Program-made: the position numbers and the translations under genes | In this document: positions 19,742 to 30,787 of the stretch, piece after piece | How the letters are laid out: the number at the start of each line of letters is the position of its first letter | How positions within the stretch are numbered: the stretch's first letter is position 1 | Assembly (NCBI GenBank): GCA_963745835.1 | Contig: CAVUZH010000003.1 | Location: 32,001-96,000, forward strand | Direction: 5' to 3' | Origin: an uncultured delta proteobacterium | GTDB lineage: Bacteria; Desulfobacterota; Binatia; UBA9968 | Length of the DNA stretch: 64,000 nucleotides | Notes under the pieces: model-generated | What the model saw: only the letters and a program-made list of their open reading frames with translations | Told to the model about the DNA's origin: nothing | Databases searched by the model: none

Positions 19742-20569
19742 ATGTTGAAACCCATCGGATTGACGGAAGGACACTATGAGTGCCGCTCGTTGGACGAAAC
19801 GCTGCCGATTTTTACCGACCTGCTAGCTCTCGAAGTCGTCGAGCGCAAAGACGACGGAGCGGTATTGAAGCATCCGAATACAGCGTGGCATCTGGTTGTC
19901 CATGAGGGCGGACCTAACGCGGCTAACAAACCGCACACTAACCATTACGGATTTCGGGTTTCAAGCTCGAGGGAAATACCCAAGGCTTACGAATACCTCA
20001 CTGACCACAAAGATCAGTACAAAATCAAAAGCGTGACCAAGCCTCACGAGGCCCATTTCGCCTACTCGGTTTATTTCAAAGAGCCGGGCGGTAATGATCT
20101 CGAAATTGAGTACTACAATCCGGCGGCGGTCAAGCAGGGCCGTAAAATCGCCGCGCCGCATTGGACTGACCCGCTGCCGGAAGAGAAATTTCCCGGAAAG
20201 GGCTACGTGCCGCAGGCGATGACTCATGGTACTTTGAATTGCGATGATAAGGAGGTCAATGATCGCTTTGTCAAAGAAGTTCTCGGACTGGAGATCATCG
20301 GCGGCGGCCGCACCTCTACCTACATCAGCCACCCAAGCACGCCGTGGTACATCGTTGTGTTACCGACCACGCGCCGTGAATATCTGACCGCAGCCAACCG
20401 GTTTACCTTGAAACTTGCGTCGGCCGAAGAAGTTGCTGACGCGCACAAAGAATTTTCGAACAGAGGCAAAGCGATCGGCATCAACGAGCTTTGGGACTTG
20501 GAAGAAAACGGACGGACCCATTTCATCTTCAGCGACATCAGCAAGAATTGGTGGGAAGTCACCTCATGA
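19742..20569 (+). CDS. VOC (glyoxalase/extradiol dioxygenase) family protein
   Basis: Two VOC modules; GHYEC, NHYGFRV, YFKEPGGNDLEIEY, THGTL, NWWEV. Confidence 0.75.
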   Translation: MLKPIGLTEGHYECRSLDETLPIFTDLLALEVVERKDDGAVLKHPNTAWHLVVHEGGPNAANKPHTNHYGFRVSSSREIPKAYEYLTDHKDQYKIKSVTKPHEAHFAYSVYFKEPGGNDLEIEYYNPAAVKQGRKIAAPHWTDPLPEEKFPGKGYVPQAMTHGTLNCDDKEVNDRFVKEVLGLEIIGGGRTSTYISHPSTPWYIVVLPTTRREYLTAANRFTLKLASAEEVADAHKEFSNRGKAIGINELWDLEENGRTHFIFSDISKNWWEVTS

Positions 20570-20581
20570 GTGCAAACAACC

Positions 20582-20703
20582 GTTCAAAGGTTCAACGGTT
20601 CAATAGTTCAACGTCAGACCGGACCAGTTGGTGAATCGCATCTCTGGGTCGCTTTGGACTGCGATTGAACTTGAACTCATGAGTCTGTCTTGAACGGTTG
20701 AAC
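20582..20703. repeat. GTTCAA tandem array with inverted TTGAAC copies
   Basis: GTTCAA at 20582, 20590, 20598 and 20606 (period 8); TTGAAC at 20665, 20671, 20690 and 20698. Confidence 0.7.
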
Positions 20704-20715
20704 CGTACCCCGTTT

Positions 20716-21719
20716 TCATGCCTGGCTGCGGAAATGCGGCATGACTTTGTTGGCGAAGGCTTCGACGCTCTCGTGGTAAACCTTTCGGGCGGGGGTGAGC
20801 ATGAGATGCTTGACGCCCGCCGCTTTTAACTCTTCAATGCGCGCGATGCATTCTCCCGGCGTGCCGGCAATTGAAAAGCGCCGAACTAGATAATCATTGA
20901 CCAGATCGGGGTCGACCCGGTCTTCCATCGGCTTCATGACATCAAAGCCTGCCATGAATTTCTGAACACCGTTCAGCTCTTCCGCTGGAACCGTTTCCAG
21001 GGTAAAGCGGAAATTATGATGGGCGCGGTTGGCGATGCGATTGCGCACTATGCGACGGGCCTCTTTGCCGTCGTCGCACACGCAGAGCATGCCCGCGGCA
21101 ATCATCGCAACCTCTTTGGCGTCGCGCCCTGCCGATTCAGTTCCTTCACGAATTTTATTTTTTGCCCAGTCGAACACGCGCAAGTCGAATCCAGTGCCGA
21201 GAATCACGCCATCGGCGCAGCGGCCGGCGAGTTGCAGTCCTTTGGGGCCCTCGGCTGAAACATAAATCGGCGCCGGCTCTTTGATAGTAAAGCTGATGCC
21301 GAACTCACCGGTGGGAAACGTGGCGGAGTTTCCCGGACGAGATGACGGATCAGTTTTACCCCTTCTTCAAACTGCTTCATCGGGGTAGCTTTCAATCCTT
21401 GCGTGTAAACCGGTCCATCGCCGGTGCCTAGCCCGAGAATCGCACGTCCCTTGGATATCTCATTCAGCGATGCCGCCGCGCCGGCAAGGACCGTTGGATG
21501 GCGAAAGACCATGTTGGTTACAGCAATGCCTAGAAGAACGCGTTGGGTCAGCATCGCGCAGCTCGCCAAGGTCTGGAAGGAATCGATGGAGCTCAAATGA
21601 CTTTCGCCGAGAAAGATTCCGTCGTAGCCTAGTTCTTCGGCGCGTTGCGCGCGTTTATGAATTTCATCGATGCTTTTTACGCCACCATGAAGACTATGCA
21701 GGCTGAATTTGAGCGACAT
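20716..21719 (-). pseudogene. LLM-class flavin/F420-dependent oxidoreductase, one frameshift
   Basis: AEELGYDGIFLGESH, RHPTVLA, GRAILGLGTGD. One more G at the run 21332-21334 restores RGNSATFPTG...PIYVSAEGPKGLQLAGRCADGVIL. Probably a sequencing indel. Confidence 0.8.
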
Positions 21720-21997
21720 GTGCTTCTCCAACAGGAAGGCATCAGGCACCAGGTAATTCGCACGGCCACGCTTTAGTCACATTCTACCGATGTCTCAGGG
21801 TAAGCCCGGAGAGGCGAACGCGCCAACCGCACAGCCTCGCCGACTCCTTGGGTGCATGCCCGAACAAGACCAAATTTATGCCTGGCATTCGCATGATAAC
21901 TAAGTATTCAAGGCACGAGCCCTTCGTGTTCTCCTCGCAGGACTTACCCTGAGGCCATCGATCGTGAACAATACCGTGCTGGCACGCACCCCGTTGC

Positions 21998-22813
21998 CTA
22001 TGGGTTAAATGCCACTAAGCCGCAGCCGGTCGCCCACGGATGAACCGGCTCGTAGGCGAGCAAGCTTGCCCGCCAGTCCTCCACCGCGCCTGCCACGGTG
22101 ATCCAGGTCCTAATTTCGTGACCGCCGGAACCGGCCTCTTTGTCGATCCCTGAATGGGAGTATTCGGTCAGACGGGCGCGCTTGCCGTTGACTAAGGTTT
22201 CGAGAAATTGCTCATCAAAAGCTACATTGATCTTGCCCATCTTCGCTTCCCCGGGCCAGTGGGAGAGGCCGCCGGTGGCAATCAATGCAATTCGTCTCGG
22301 TTGTTGCTCCAGCGCTTTCCCGAGCACCCGGCCTAATTCGAAACAGCGCTTGGGTGAGGGCATCGGCGTCGTCAAGGTGTTGATAATCAGCGGGACAACC
22401 GGCACGGTCATGCCAGGATTTAGAAAATGCAGCGGCAACATCGTCGCGTGGTCGAACAATAGCTCATCCGAAAATGCCGGATCAAAGCCGCTGTCGAGAC
22501 ATGCGTCTAGCAGCTGCGCGCCCAAAGCTGGATCGCCGGGCACCCGCGTCTTGGAGATTTTCAGCCATTCTTCCACTGGCCCATCATAGTATTGGGCGCG
22601 GCCGATGCAGAATGTCGGCATTTGGTTCAAGAAAAAATTCGCCCAATGTTCGACACTGACCACGACCAGAACATCCGGCTTCGAAGCGGCCAGCATGTCA
22701 CCGAGCTTGTGATAGCTGCCGAGAATTTTGTCCCTTTGCTCTTGGGGCGCGGCTTCAGTCCAGGCAGTCATTCCTGGCGCGTGACTCGCGGCACAGGCAA
22801 ATACGATCGGCAT
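21998..22813 (-). CDS. Extradiol ring-cleavage dioxygenase, LigB/MhpB-type catalytic subunit
   Basis: ASHAP, EHWANFF, DHA, ATGGLSHWP and GHEIRTW metal/catalytic motifs. Confidence 0.9.
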   Translation of the reverse strand: MPIVFACAASHAPGMTAWTEAAPQEQRDKILGSYHKLGDMLAASKPDVLVVVSVEHWANFFLNQMPTFCIGRAQYYDGPVEEWLKISKTRVPGDPALGAQLLDACLDSGFDPAFSDELLFDHATMLPLHFLNPGMTVPVVPLIINTLTTPMPSPKRCFELGRVLGKALEQQPRRIALIATGGLSHWPGEAKMGKINVAFDEQFLETLVNGKRARLTEYSHSGIDKEAGSGGHEIRTWITVAGAVEDWRASLLAYEPVHPWATGCGLVAFNP

Positions 22814-22816
22814 AGT

Positions 22817-23071
22817 TTACTCCAATCCAGCCAATGCCTTGGCGTAATCTTCGTTAGACACTCGGTGCAGTAACGTGAACGGGCGCAGCAACAGCGGATG
22901 AACGCCGTGGCTATAGAGCTGGCGCACATCCAGGTCCGCTATGGCCGCTTGCTCCTCGGGAGTCAGTTCATAGCGAGCGAGAAATCCGGCTTTGTCGGCT
23001 CGGTAGGCGTCGCGCCGCTCCGGGTTTCGGTTTACGTCATAGATGAGTTTTTGTAGCTGATAGAGACTCAT
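22817..23071 (-). CDS. LigA-type small subunit of extradiol dioxygenase
   Basis: MSLYQLQKLIYD...RYELTPEEQAAI...LYSHGVHPLLL; directly upstream of the LigB-like gene. Confidence 0.8.
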   Translation of the reverse strand: MSLYQLQKLIYDVNRNPERRDAYRADKAGFLARYELTPEEQAAIADLDVRQLYSHGVHPLLLRPFTLLHRVSNEDYAKALAGLE

Positions 23072-23072
23072 A

Positions 23073-24167
23073 TCAGCCGTCCAATCTTTGGTGCAGCCAG
23101 GTGATGATGGTTTTGAAGATGTTCGGAATAGCGCCCATATGGCCGCCCGGAAACAGGCGAATCGTCTTCGGATCGCCATGCTCCAAAAGCAAATAGAAAT
23201 CCTCAAGCGGCACCTGTTTGTCTTCTTTACCGTTGACGATCAGCAACGGTGCGCAGGGCTTGTCCAACCAGCCTTGATCGAGCAGCGATAGCGCCGGCAT
23301 AACTTGGCAGAGTTCGTCGAAGCTCTTTTTGCCGAAAAGATTAGCACGCGCTTCGATTAGATCGAATAGGTAAGAGTCGGCGTTGCGCGATCGTTCTTGC
23401 CACTCAGGCTGGAAGAAGTAATGAATACCTCCGCCCCAGTTGACCGCCGCTCGTAATTTGTCGGGCGCGAGATGGGCCAGCTTGGTCGACCAGTGACCGC
23501 CGAAGCTGGCGCCGACGACAGCAATGCGAGTTGTATCCACCTCCGGTCTTTTGCTCAGGTATTCCAACGCCGTCGTGTGAACCTGGTGCGCCTCGGGTCC
23601 GGCAAGCACCGGGCATTCGCCCGTTCCCGGACTGTCCATTACGAAGCAGCCCCAACCCTCTTTTACAAAAGATTCGGCAAAGGAATGGCGTTCCTCCTTC
23701 CAATTGTCGATGCCGCCCCAGTGCATAATCAGTGGAGCGGGCACTTTCTTGGGCAGCCGCAGATGACCGATGATTTGTTTGTCCTGAAATGGAATGGACA
23801 CACGTTCGATCGGGATCTCGAAATACTTCGAAGCAGCGAGAAACATTTCGCGGGTTTTTACATAGCCGTGGTGTTTACCGGGAGTGCTGGGAAAGGGGTG
23901 GCGCGCAATCCCGTAGTAGCCGTACGACTTCAGATAGCTTTCCCTGGCTTCTTGCATGTTGCCGGCGCTCTCCGACGCCCTTGCTTTCTCTTCCCAGCGT
24001 GCGCCCAATTCATTCCATGCCTGCGCCCATGTCTCGCCCTGCACCGAGCCCATCTTGCAGAGGGCTTCTTCAGCTTCGGCTTTGTCGGCATGAAGAAACG
24101 GCGCGCGCTGACCCAGGCGAGCGCGAATGTCATTCTTGATCTCTTCAAGGTTACGTGGCTGGTTCAT
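23073..24167 (-). CDS. Alpha/beta hydrolase (FrsA / 2,6-dihydroxypseudooxynicotine hydrolase-like)
   Basis: WGGIDNWKEE, DSPGTGE, GASFGG, NGKED, GHMG. Confidence 0.85.
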   Translation of the reverse strand: MNQPRNLEEIKNDIRARLGQRAPFLHADKAEAEEALCKMGSVQGETWAQAWNELGARWEEKARASESAGNMQEARESYLKSYGYYGIARHPFPSTPGKHHGYVKTREMFLAASKYFEIPIERVSIPFQDKQIIGHLRLPKKVPAPLIMHWGGIDNWKEERHSFAESFVKEGWGCFVMDSPGTGECPVLAGPEAHQVHTTALEYLSKRPEVDTTRIAVVGASFGGHWSTKLAHLAPDKLRAAVNWGGGIHYFFQPEWQERSRNADSYLFDLIEARANLFGKKSFDELCQVMPALSLLDQGWLDKPCAPLLIVNGKEDKQVPLEDFYLLLEHGDPKTIRLFPGGHMGAIPNIFKTIITWLHQRLDG

Positions 24168-24546
24168 ACATCTCCTCGTTGGTCGCTCATTAAGTTACCA
24201 TCGCATCTGTCAAAAACCATAGATCGGCCGGGGGCATAAATGCAATCTTAGAGTCGTTTTGGGCGATACAGACGCCGGCAGGGCGGCTACCTGTACCGGC
24301 TTACATCTCAAAGATTCTATTCGTTGCATGCCAGCTCTAAAATTTTTTTTGCTTGGACGATCAAGAGGCGCTACTCTGCGACCAACAGAAAAGCGCGAAA
24401 TTTCAGAATTTACCAGCGAGTTTTCGCCGGCAGCCTGCCTGCGATTAGGGTTGACCTTTGGCTTAGTGCGTGGCATGCCAATAGGAACGTCGCTTCTCTA
24501 GAATGTTTTTTTCTCCATTACATTGTCAATTCCTCAAGAGGTAGGC

Positions 24547-25407
24547 ATGGCATCGATCATCGACGGCAAAGCCGTCGCCAGAGAAGTTCAAAAGAAAATC
24601 AAAGAGGAAGTTGACGGGCTGGAACGGCGTTGGGGAATGGCGCCGGGACTAGCTGTTGTATTGGTTGGCGATGATCCAGGATCCCATATTTATGTAAAGA
24701 ACAAAGAAAAAGCCTGTAAAGAAGTTGGAATAAAATCTTTTGAACACTTCCTTCCCGCGACTGTTTCGGAAAAGGAACTGCTTGCCTTGGTTCACAGTTT
24801 GAACAAAGACAAGGATGTTCACGGCATTCTGGTTCAACTGCCGCTTCCTGCTCACATCCGCTCGGAAAGAATTCTTCAAGCGGTGTCTCCGTTCAAAGAT
24901 GTCGATGGTTTCCATCCAGTGAGCCAGGGAATGCTGGTTATCGGCGCCGATGGCTTTCGGCCATGCACGCCGTTGGGGGTTATGAAACTTCTCGAGGCGG
25001 CAGGCTATGCTCTCAAAGGCAAGAATGCTGTGGTCGTTGGCCGGAGCAATATCGTTGGCAAACCAGTAGCGCTGATGTTGCTCGAAAAGCATGCCACAGT
25101 GACAATTTGTCATTCTCGCACAGCAAGCCTGCGCGATGAAGTGGCCCGCGCGGATGTTTTGGTCGTGGCAATCGGCAAAGCGGGATTGGTTCGAGGCGAC
25201 TGGATCAAGCCTGGAGCCGTCGTCATCGACGTCGGCGTCAATCGTTTGCCCAACGGTAAACTTACTGGTGACGTTGAATTTGAAACCGCTAAGGAACGAG
25301 CATCCGCGATCACCCCTGTGCCCGGCGGCGTCGGTCCAATGACCATTTGCATGCTGCTGTATAACACTCTGAAGGCGGCCAAGGATTCGATTCAACGCGA
25401 ACGTTAG
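24547..25407 (+). CDS. folD: Methylene-THF dehydrogenase/cyclohydrolase
   Basis: [50 protein letters not shown]. Confidence 0.97.
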   Translation: MASIIDGKAVAREVQKKIKEEVDGLERRWGMAPGLAVVLVGDDPGSHIYVKNKEKACKEVGIKSFEHFLPATVSEKELLALVHSLNKDKDVHGILVQLPLPAHIRSERILQAVSPFKDVDGFHPVSQGMLVIGADGFRPCTPLGVMKLLEAAGYALKGKNAVVVGRSNIVGKPVALMLLEKHATVTICHSRTASLRDEVARADVLVVAIGKAGLVRGDWIKPGAVVIDVGVNRLPNGKLTGDVEFETAKERASAITPVPGGVGPMTICMLLYNTLKAAKDSIQRER

Positions 25408-25442
25408 CCAAGCCAGCTTCCTCCTAACTTTTTTCGGACCTC

Positions 25443-26522
25443 ATGAAGCGAACCGCATTATACGCTGCTCATCGCCGCGCCGGCGGGCGCATGGTTGAGT
25501 TTGCCGGTTGGGAAATGCCGGTCCAGTACAGCGGTGTCATCGCCGAACATATGGCCGTGCGCAGCCGGGCCGGACTTTTCGATGTCAGCCATATGGGCGA
25601 GATTGCAGTACGCGGCGCCGGAGCAGAAGCGATGTGCCAGAGGCTTACTGCTAATGATCTCGCGCGCATGCAAGTATATCAAGCTCAGTATAATTTGCTT
25701 TTAAATGACCACGGCGGGGTGATTGATGACGTAATCTTTTATAAGCGGCAGCCGGATGATTTTCTTATTTGCGTCAACGCATCGAATAGTGAAAAAGATT
25801 TCAAATGGCTGCGGCAGCATGCAACCGGAAAGATCCAAGTGGAAAATGTCAGCGAAGACTATGCGCAATTGGCATTACAGGGGCCGCTGGCAGAAACCAT
25901 ATTGCAGCCCCTGGTATCGATTGCTCTTGCCGACATCAAATCCTTCTATTTTGGTGAGAGCGAAGTTGCCGGCACTCGCTGCCTGATCGCCCGCACGGGT
26001 TATACCGGTGAAGCCGGGTTTGAGCTGTATTGTTCTTCCCAAGACGCCGAAAAGTTGTGGCATGATCTACTCGATGCCGGCGCGCCGGCGGGTTTGCTGC
26101 CGGCCGGGCTCGGCGCGCGCGACACCTTGCGCTTGGAGAAAGCTTATCCTCTTTATGGTCACGAACTCGACGACAGCACGACTCCGTTAGAGGCAGGACT
26201 GCAATGGGTGGTGAAATTTTCCAAAGGCTCTTTCATCGGTTGTGAAGTCTTGCTAAGGCAGAAACAAGCAGGCGTTAAACGCAAACTTGTCGGCCTGGAG
26301 CTGATCGAACCCGGCATCGCGCGCAGCGAGTATCGGTTGTTGAAAGGTGGACGGTGTATCGGCAGAGTAACCAGCGGCACCCGATCGCCGACGCTGGGAC
26401 GGTCGATCGCGCTTGGATATGTCGAGGCGGAAGAAGGCCGCGCCGAAAATATACTTGAAGTCGAAATCCGCAACAAACCAGTTCGCGCTAAGACAGTGCC
26501 GTTGCCGTTTTACCGGCGCTGA
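25443..26522 (+). CDS. gcvT: Glycine cleavage aminomethyltransferase T
   Basis: [35 protein letters not shown]. Confidence 0.97.
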   Translation: MKRTALYAAHRRAGGRMVEFAGWEMPVQYSGVIAEHMAVRSRAGLFDVSHMGEIAVRGAGAEAMCQRLTANDLARMQVYQAQYNLLLNDHGGVIDDVIFYKRQPDDFLICVNASNSEKDFKWLRQHATGKIQVENVSEDYAQLALQGPLAETILQPLVSIALADIKSFYFGESEVAGTRCLIARTGYTGEAGFELYCSSQDAEKLWHDLLDAGAPAGLLPAGLGARDTLRLEKAYPLYGHELDDSTTPLEAGLQWVVKFSKGSFIGCEVLLRQKQAGVKRKLVGLELIEPGIARSEYRLLKGGRCIGRVTSGTRSPTLGRSIALGYVEAEEGRAENILEVEIRNKPVRAKTVPLPFYRR

Positions 26523-26552
26523 GACGGCGTTAGCAGGCTAAGGAGGAAGGTC

Positions 26553-26990
26553 ATGGAGATTCCTGAGGGGCTCAGATATTCAAAAGAACACGAATGGGTT
26601 CTGGTCGAGGGTAAAACAGCAACCATTGGCATCACCGAGTATGCGCAGGAGGAACTCGGGGATATCGTTTTCGTCGAGTTACCGGAGATCGGGGAAAAGA
26701 TTGTAAAAGACGATCCGTTCGGCGCCGTCGAATCGGTCAAAGCGGTGTCGGACATCTATGCGCCGGTGAGCGGAACGGTGTTGGAAATCAACGACTCGCT
26801 TCCTGACAGCCCGGAAACAATCAATGATGATGCCTATGGAGATGGCTGGATGATCCGGGTTGAGATGCAGGACATGGACGATCTGAAAGATTTGATGACC
26901 GCTGAGGAATACGCGGAATATATCGAGCAGCAAAAGGAAGACGACGATGAGGAGGACGAGGCCGAAGACGACGATGAGGACGAGGAATAA
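26553..26990 (+). CDS. gcvH: Glycine cleavage H protein with acidic tail
   Basis: YSKEHEWV, lipoyl motif [14 protein letters not shown]. Confidence 0.97.
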   Translation: MEIPEGLRYSKEHEWVLVEGKTATIGITEYAQEELGDIVFVELPEIGEKIVKDDPFGAVESVKAVSDIYAPVSGTVLEINDSLPDSPETINDDAYGDGWMIRVEMQDMDDLKDLMTAEEYAEYIEQQKEDDDEEDEAEDDDEDEE

Positions 26991-26999
26991 TCCCAGTCT

Positions 27000-28346
27000 A
27001 TGAGCTACACGCCGCACACGGAGACGGACAAAAAACGAATGCTTGACGCGATTGGAGCGGACAGCGTCGAAGATCTATTCCGCCATGTTCCAGAAAAGTT
27101 TCGTTCGACGGCCAAAATCAATTTGCCGGACGGCGTCAATGAATTAACAGTGCGTCAACGACTGGCCGCTCTTGCCGCCAAAAATGCCGCCGCAAACGAT
27201 TGGGACCTTTATCTCGGCGGAGGCATCTATCATCATTTCATCCCGAGCGCGGTCGATGCGATTATTTCACGCTCGGAGTTCTCGACCTCTTATACTCCCT
27301 ACCAGCCGGAGGTGAGCCAGGGTACTTTGCAAGTTCTTTTCGAGTATCAGACCTTGATCTGCCAGCTCACCGGGATGGAAGTCTCCAATGCCGGCGTTTA
27401 TGACGGCGCTTCGGCGAGCGCTGAAGCGATTCTCATGTCGCGTCGCATTCAATCATCGTCCCGACGGCGGGTTTTAGTCTCTCGCGCACTTCACCCGCAG
27501 TATCGCGCCGTGCTTGCTACTTATCTCCGCAATCTGACCGATGTCAGCCTGGAAGAGATTCCTTTTGATGGCAGCGGAGCAACCGATATCGATCAGGTGG
27601 CGCGCCAGTTGAACGAACGGACAATGTGCGTGCTTGTAGGCTATCCAAACTTCTTCGGAGTGATTGAGAACCTGGCCCCGCTACATGAGCTCTGCCAGCG
27701 CGCGGGTGCTCAACTCATCACCGCAACCACGGAGCCTCTGGCTTTCGGGGTGTTAAAGCCGCCCGGAGCGTTCGGCGTCGATATCGCGGTGGGCGAAGGA
27801 CAAAGCTTGGGAGTGCCCATGGCGCTGGGCGGCCCGGGATTCGGTTTCTTCGCGACCCAGCGTAAATTTATGCGCAACCTGCCGGGCAGGCTTGTCGGCG
27901 AGACTGTCGATGGCGAAGGCCGGCGCGGCTATGTGTTGACCCTGGCCACGCGGGAGCAACACATTCGCCGGGAGAAGGCGACATCGAATATCTGCACCAG
28001 CCAGACGCTGTGCACGACCGCTGCAACTGTTTATATGGCATTTATGGGAAGGACCGGCATGCGTCGTTTGGCGCAGGTTAATGTAGCGCGTGCTCATGAA
28101 GCGTATCAGCGTTTAATCCAGTACTCCAAAGTCGAAGGTTGCTTCACGGCGCCGTTTTTCAATGAGTTCGTGGTCAAGGGAAAGCAGCTCGACGAGATCG
28201 TGCGTCGCTGTTCAGAGCGAAGAATCATCCCCGGAATTTCGTTGGTGAAATGGTATCCCGAGCTACCGGATTGCTTACTTGTATGTGTCACCGAGATGAA
28301 CGATAGAGAAGGGATCGATCGCCTTGTCCGAGCCGTCTCGAACTGA
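27000..28346 (+). CDS. gcvPA: Glycine dehydrogenase subunit 1
   Basis: SYTPYQPEVSQG, REQHIRREKATSNICT. Confidence 0.96.
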   Translation: MSYTPHTETDKKRMLDAIGADSVEDLFRHVPEKFRSTAKINLPDGVNELTVRQRLAALAAKNAAANDWDLYLGGGIYHHFIPSAVDAIISRSEFSTSYTPYQPEVSQGTLQVLFEYQTLICQLTGMEVSNAGVYDGASASAEAILMSRRIQSSSRRRVLVSRALHPQYRAVLATYLRNLTDVSLEEIPFDGSGATDIDQVARQLNERTMCVLVGYPNFFGVIENLAPLHELCQRAGAQLITATTEPLAFGVLKPPGAFGVDIAVGEGQSLGVPMALGGPGFGFFATQRKFMRNLPGRLVGETVDGEGRRGYVLTLATREQHIRREKATSNICTSQTLCTTAATVYMAFMGRTGMRRLAQVNVARAHEAYQRLIQYSKVEGCFTAPFFNEFVVKGKQLDEIVRRCSERRIIPGISLVKWYPELPDCLLVCVTEMNDREGIDRLVRAVSN

Positions 28347-29814
28347 CCCGCCACAGCCCAATCAATCTCAGCGACTGCTCTTCGAGGGCGGCTCGCCCGG
28401 ACGAACCGCCTTTTCATGGCCGGATAAAACACCAGCGGTATCGGAGAGTATTCCCGAAACTTATTTGCGTCAGGATATTCCCGACTTTCCAGAGCTAGGC
28501 GAGCTCGAGCTGCTGCGTCATTTTACCCGTTTATCGCAACGCAATTATGCAATCGAGAGCCAGTTCTATCCGCTCGGCTCCTGTACCATGAAGTACAACC
28601 CGAAAATCAATGAAGTGGTGGCGCGTTATCCGGGTTTCTCGCTTGTACACCCGCTCGCGCCGCTGGCTCTGAATCAGGGTGCCCTGGAGTTGCTTTTCGG
28701 TCTTGAGCAGATGCTCGCCGAGATTAGCGGCATGGATGATGTCAGTCTCCAGCCTTCGGCCGGCGCCCAAGGTGAGTTAACAGGTTTGATGCTGATCCGC
28801 GCCTATCTTTCAGCGCAGGGAAATCCGCGCAAGAAGATCATTGTGCCGGATACCGCCCATGGGACAAATCCGGCGAGCTCCACGTTGTGCGGCTATGACG
28901 TAGTGCAAGTATCATCCAACGAGCAAGGGGTGATCGCTGCCGCGGCTGTGGCCACCGCCATGGACGAGGATGTAGCCGCATTGATGCTTACCAACCCGAA
29001 CACACTTGGGATTTTCGAGAAAAATATTGAAGCCGTCGCCGAGGTTGTGCACGACAAAGGTGGTTTGGTTTACTTGGACGGCGCCAATTTAAACGCCTTG
29101 ATGGGAATAGCCAAACCGGGCCATATGGGCGTCGATGTGCTGCATATGAATTTGCACAAAACTTTTTCCACGCCGCACGGCGGTGGCGGGCCCGGCGCCG
29201 GTCCGGTTGGGGTAAAAACGTTCCTGCGCGATTTCTTGCCGACGCCTCGGATCGTAAAAATGGCTAACGGTTATGAGTTGATCGAGGACATGCCGGCTTC
29301 GATCGGGCGTGTGCGATCATTTTTCGGCAATTTCGGCGTGCTGGTCCGGGCGTTTGCTTATATTCTTTCGCTTGGCGGCGATGGGCTGGAAGAAACCAGC
29401 CGGATGGCGCTGCTCAATGCCAATTACATCAAGAGCAAGTTGGAACGGCATTATCAGCTCGCGTACAACGAGCCGTGCATGCATGAGTGTGTGTTCAACG
29501 ATCGGAACCAACACAGAAATGGCGTCTCAACTCTGGATATCGCCAAGCGTTTGCTCGATTATGGTTTTCACCCGCCGACGATCTATTTTCCTTTGGTGGT
29601 TTCGGGAGCGTTGATGATCGAACCCACTGAGACTGAAACGCCGGAAACGCTCGATCAATTCATCGAAGCAATGATCGCGATCGCCCAGGAATCCCGCGAA
29701 ACTCCCGACTTAGTAAAGAATGCCCCGCATACCACTCCGGTACGTCGACTCGACGAAGCTAAAGCCGCTAGAAAACCAGTGCTTCGCTGGGAGCGGCCGG
29801 AAGTGGAACGCTAG
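28324..29814 (+). CDS. gcvPB: Glycine dehydrogenase subunit 2
   Basis: YPLGSCTMKYNPK, PLP Lys in NLHKTFSTPHGGGGPG, IEPTETE; TTG start is uncertain. Confidence 0.95.
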   Translation: MSEPSRTDPPQPNQSQRLLFEGGSPGRTAFSWPDKTPAVSESIPETYLRQDIPDFPELGELELLRHFTRLSQRNYAIESQFYPLGSCTMKYNPKINEVVARYPGFSLVHPLAPLALNQGALELLFGLEQMLAEISGMDDVSLQPSAGAQGELTGLMLIRAYLSAQGNPRKKIIVPDTAHGTNPASSTLCGYDVVQVSSNEQGVIAAAAVATAMDEDVAALMLTNPNTLGIFEKNIEAVAEVVHDKGGLVYLDGANLNALMGIAKPGHMGVDVLHMNLHKTFSTPHGGGGPGAGPVGVKTFLRDFLPTPRIVKMANGYELIEDMPASIGRVRSFFGNFGVLVRAFAYILSLGGDGLEETSRMALLNANYIKSKLERHYQLAYNEPCMHECVFNDRNQHRNGVSTLDIAKRLLDYGFHPPTIYFPLVVSGALMIEPTETETPETLDQFIEAMIAIAQESRETPDLVKNAPHTTPVRRLDEAKAARKPVLRWERPEVER

Positions 29815-29877
29815 TCTCTGTTCTTAAGCCTATATCATTGCAGGAGCGATTCGCCCGCCGACAATGGGGCAGGGTCG

Positions 29878-30693
29878 TTAAGGTGTGACTCGGTAGTTGA
29901 GGCGGTTGTCGAGGTATTCGAAGCTGGCCGTGATGGTGAGTCGTTTCTTGTCGATCCACGGCGGAATCGGTCTAAACGGCGCCGCCGCTTTCATTGCGCG
30001 CAACGCCTCATGATCGAGCAGATTTGACCCCGACGACCGAATGATATGCGCGCTCTCCAACTCCCCACTGGCCAGAATGGTAAATTGCAGCAGCAGTTTT
30101 CCTTGTAAGCCGTACCTGAGGGCAGGCTCGGGGTACTCCCAGACAAACTCGATGTTGCGTTTGATGCTGCTGAAGTAAGTTATGTACTGGGGGTCTCGCG
30201 TGTTCAGCGCGATTGCCGCATCGCCGCTAGTGTTTGCCGACGACCAATTGCCAGGCAATAACTCCCGCATGGTGGGTAGCCTTCGTTCGGTTATCGACAA
30301 ATTTTCTTCCTTTTCCGGCGGTCGGGGCGGTTCCCGCATTGGCGCCGGCTCAGGCTCTGGTTCTCTGAGTTCTTGCTCTTTTTTTAGCTCGACTGTTTTT
30401 TGCGGCGGTGTCACGCGTTTGGCTGGCGCCGATCTTTTTACTTCAGGTGAATTTTTTTTCGCGATGATCGCGGGAGACCGGGAGCTTCGAGTCGGCACAT
30501 CCGGCGGCAGCGAACTGAATTGGTTAGCGGCCGGCGCCTTGGCTTCATCTTTTGCGGCAGGCAGCAGCGATACGCTGATATTTTCCTGCGGAGCACGGCG
30601 CATGGACGTTTGTGACCAGAGCAGCAGGAACGCCATATGGATGACTAACGATGCGGCGAAGAAACCCGCCAGTGGTCGAGAGACGTATTCCAC
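29878..30693 (-). CDS. TonB-family energy transducer
   Basis: TM anchor with SLVIH, Pro-rich linker, C-terminal YPEPA...SSGSNLLD...AAPFRP. Confidence 0.85.
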   Translation of the reverse strand: MEYVSRPLAGFFAASLVIHMAFLLLWSQTSMRRAPQENISVSLLPAAKDEAKAPAANQFSSLPPDVPTRSSRSPAIIAKKNSPEVKRSAPAKRVTPPQKTVELKKEQELREPEPEPAPMREPPRPPEKEENLSITERRLPTMRELLPGNWSSANTSGDAAIALNTRDPQYITYFSSIKRNIEFVWEYPEPALRYGLQGKLLLQFTILASGELESAHIIRSSGSNLLDHEALRAMKAAAPFRPIPPWIDKKRLTITASFEYLDNRLNYRVTP

Positions 30694-30787
30694 GATCGTA
30701 TGTTACTGCAGCAACAGTTGTCTAAGCAAATCTCGTGCTTGCAATGAAACCGATTGGTGAAATAATGGCAACAGAATAGGAGGACCT

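Noticed and set aside
24170-24546. Glycine, ZTP or THF riboswitch before folD-gcv
   Set aside because: None of the conserved aptamer motifs are present.
17496-25395. Long antisense ORFs (17496-18359, 23472-24239, 24649-25395)
   Set aside because: Shadows of well-supported genes on the opposite strand, expected at this GC; no motifs or RBS.
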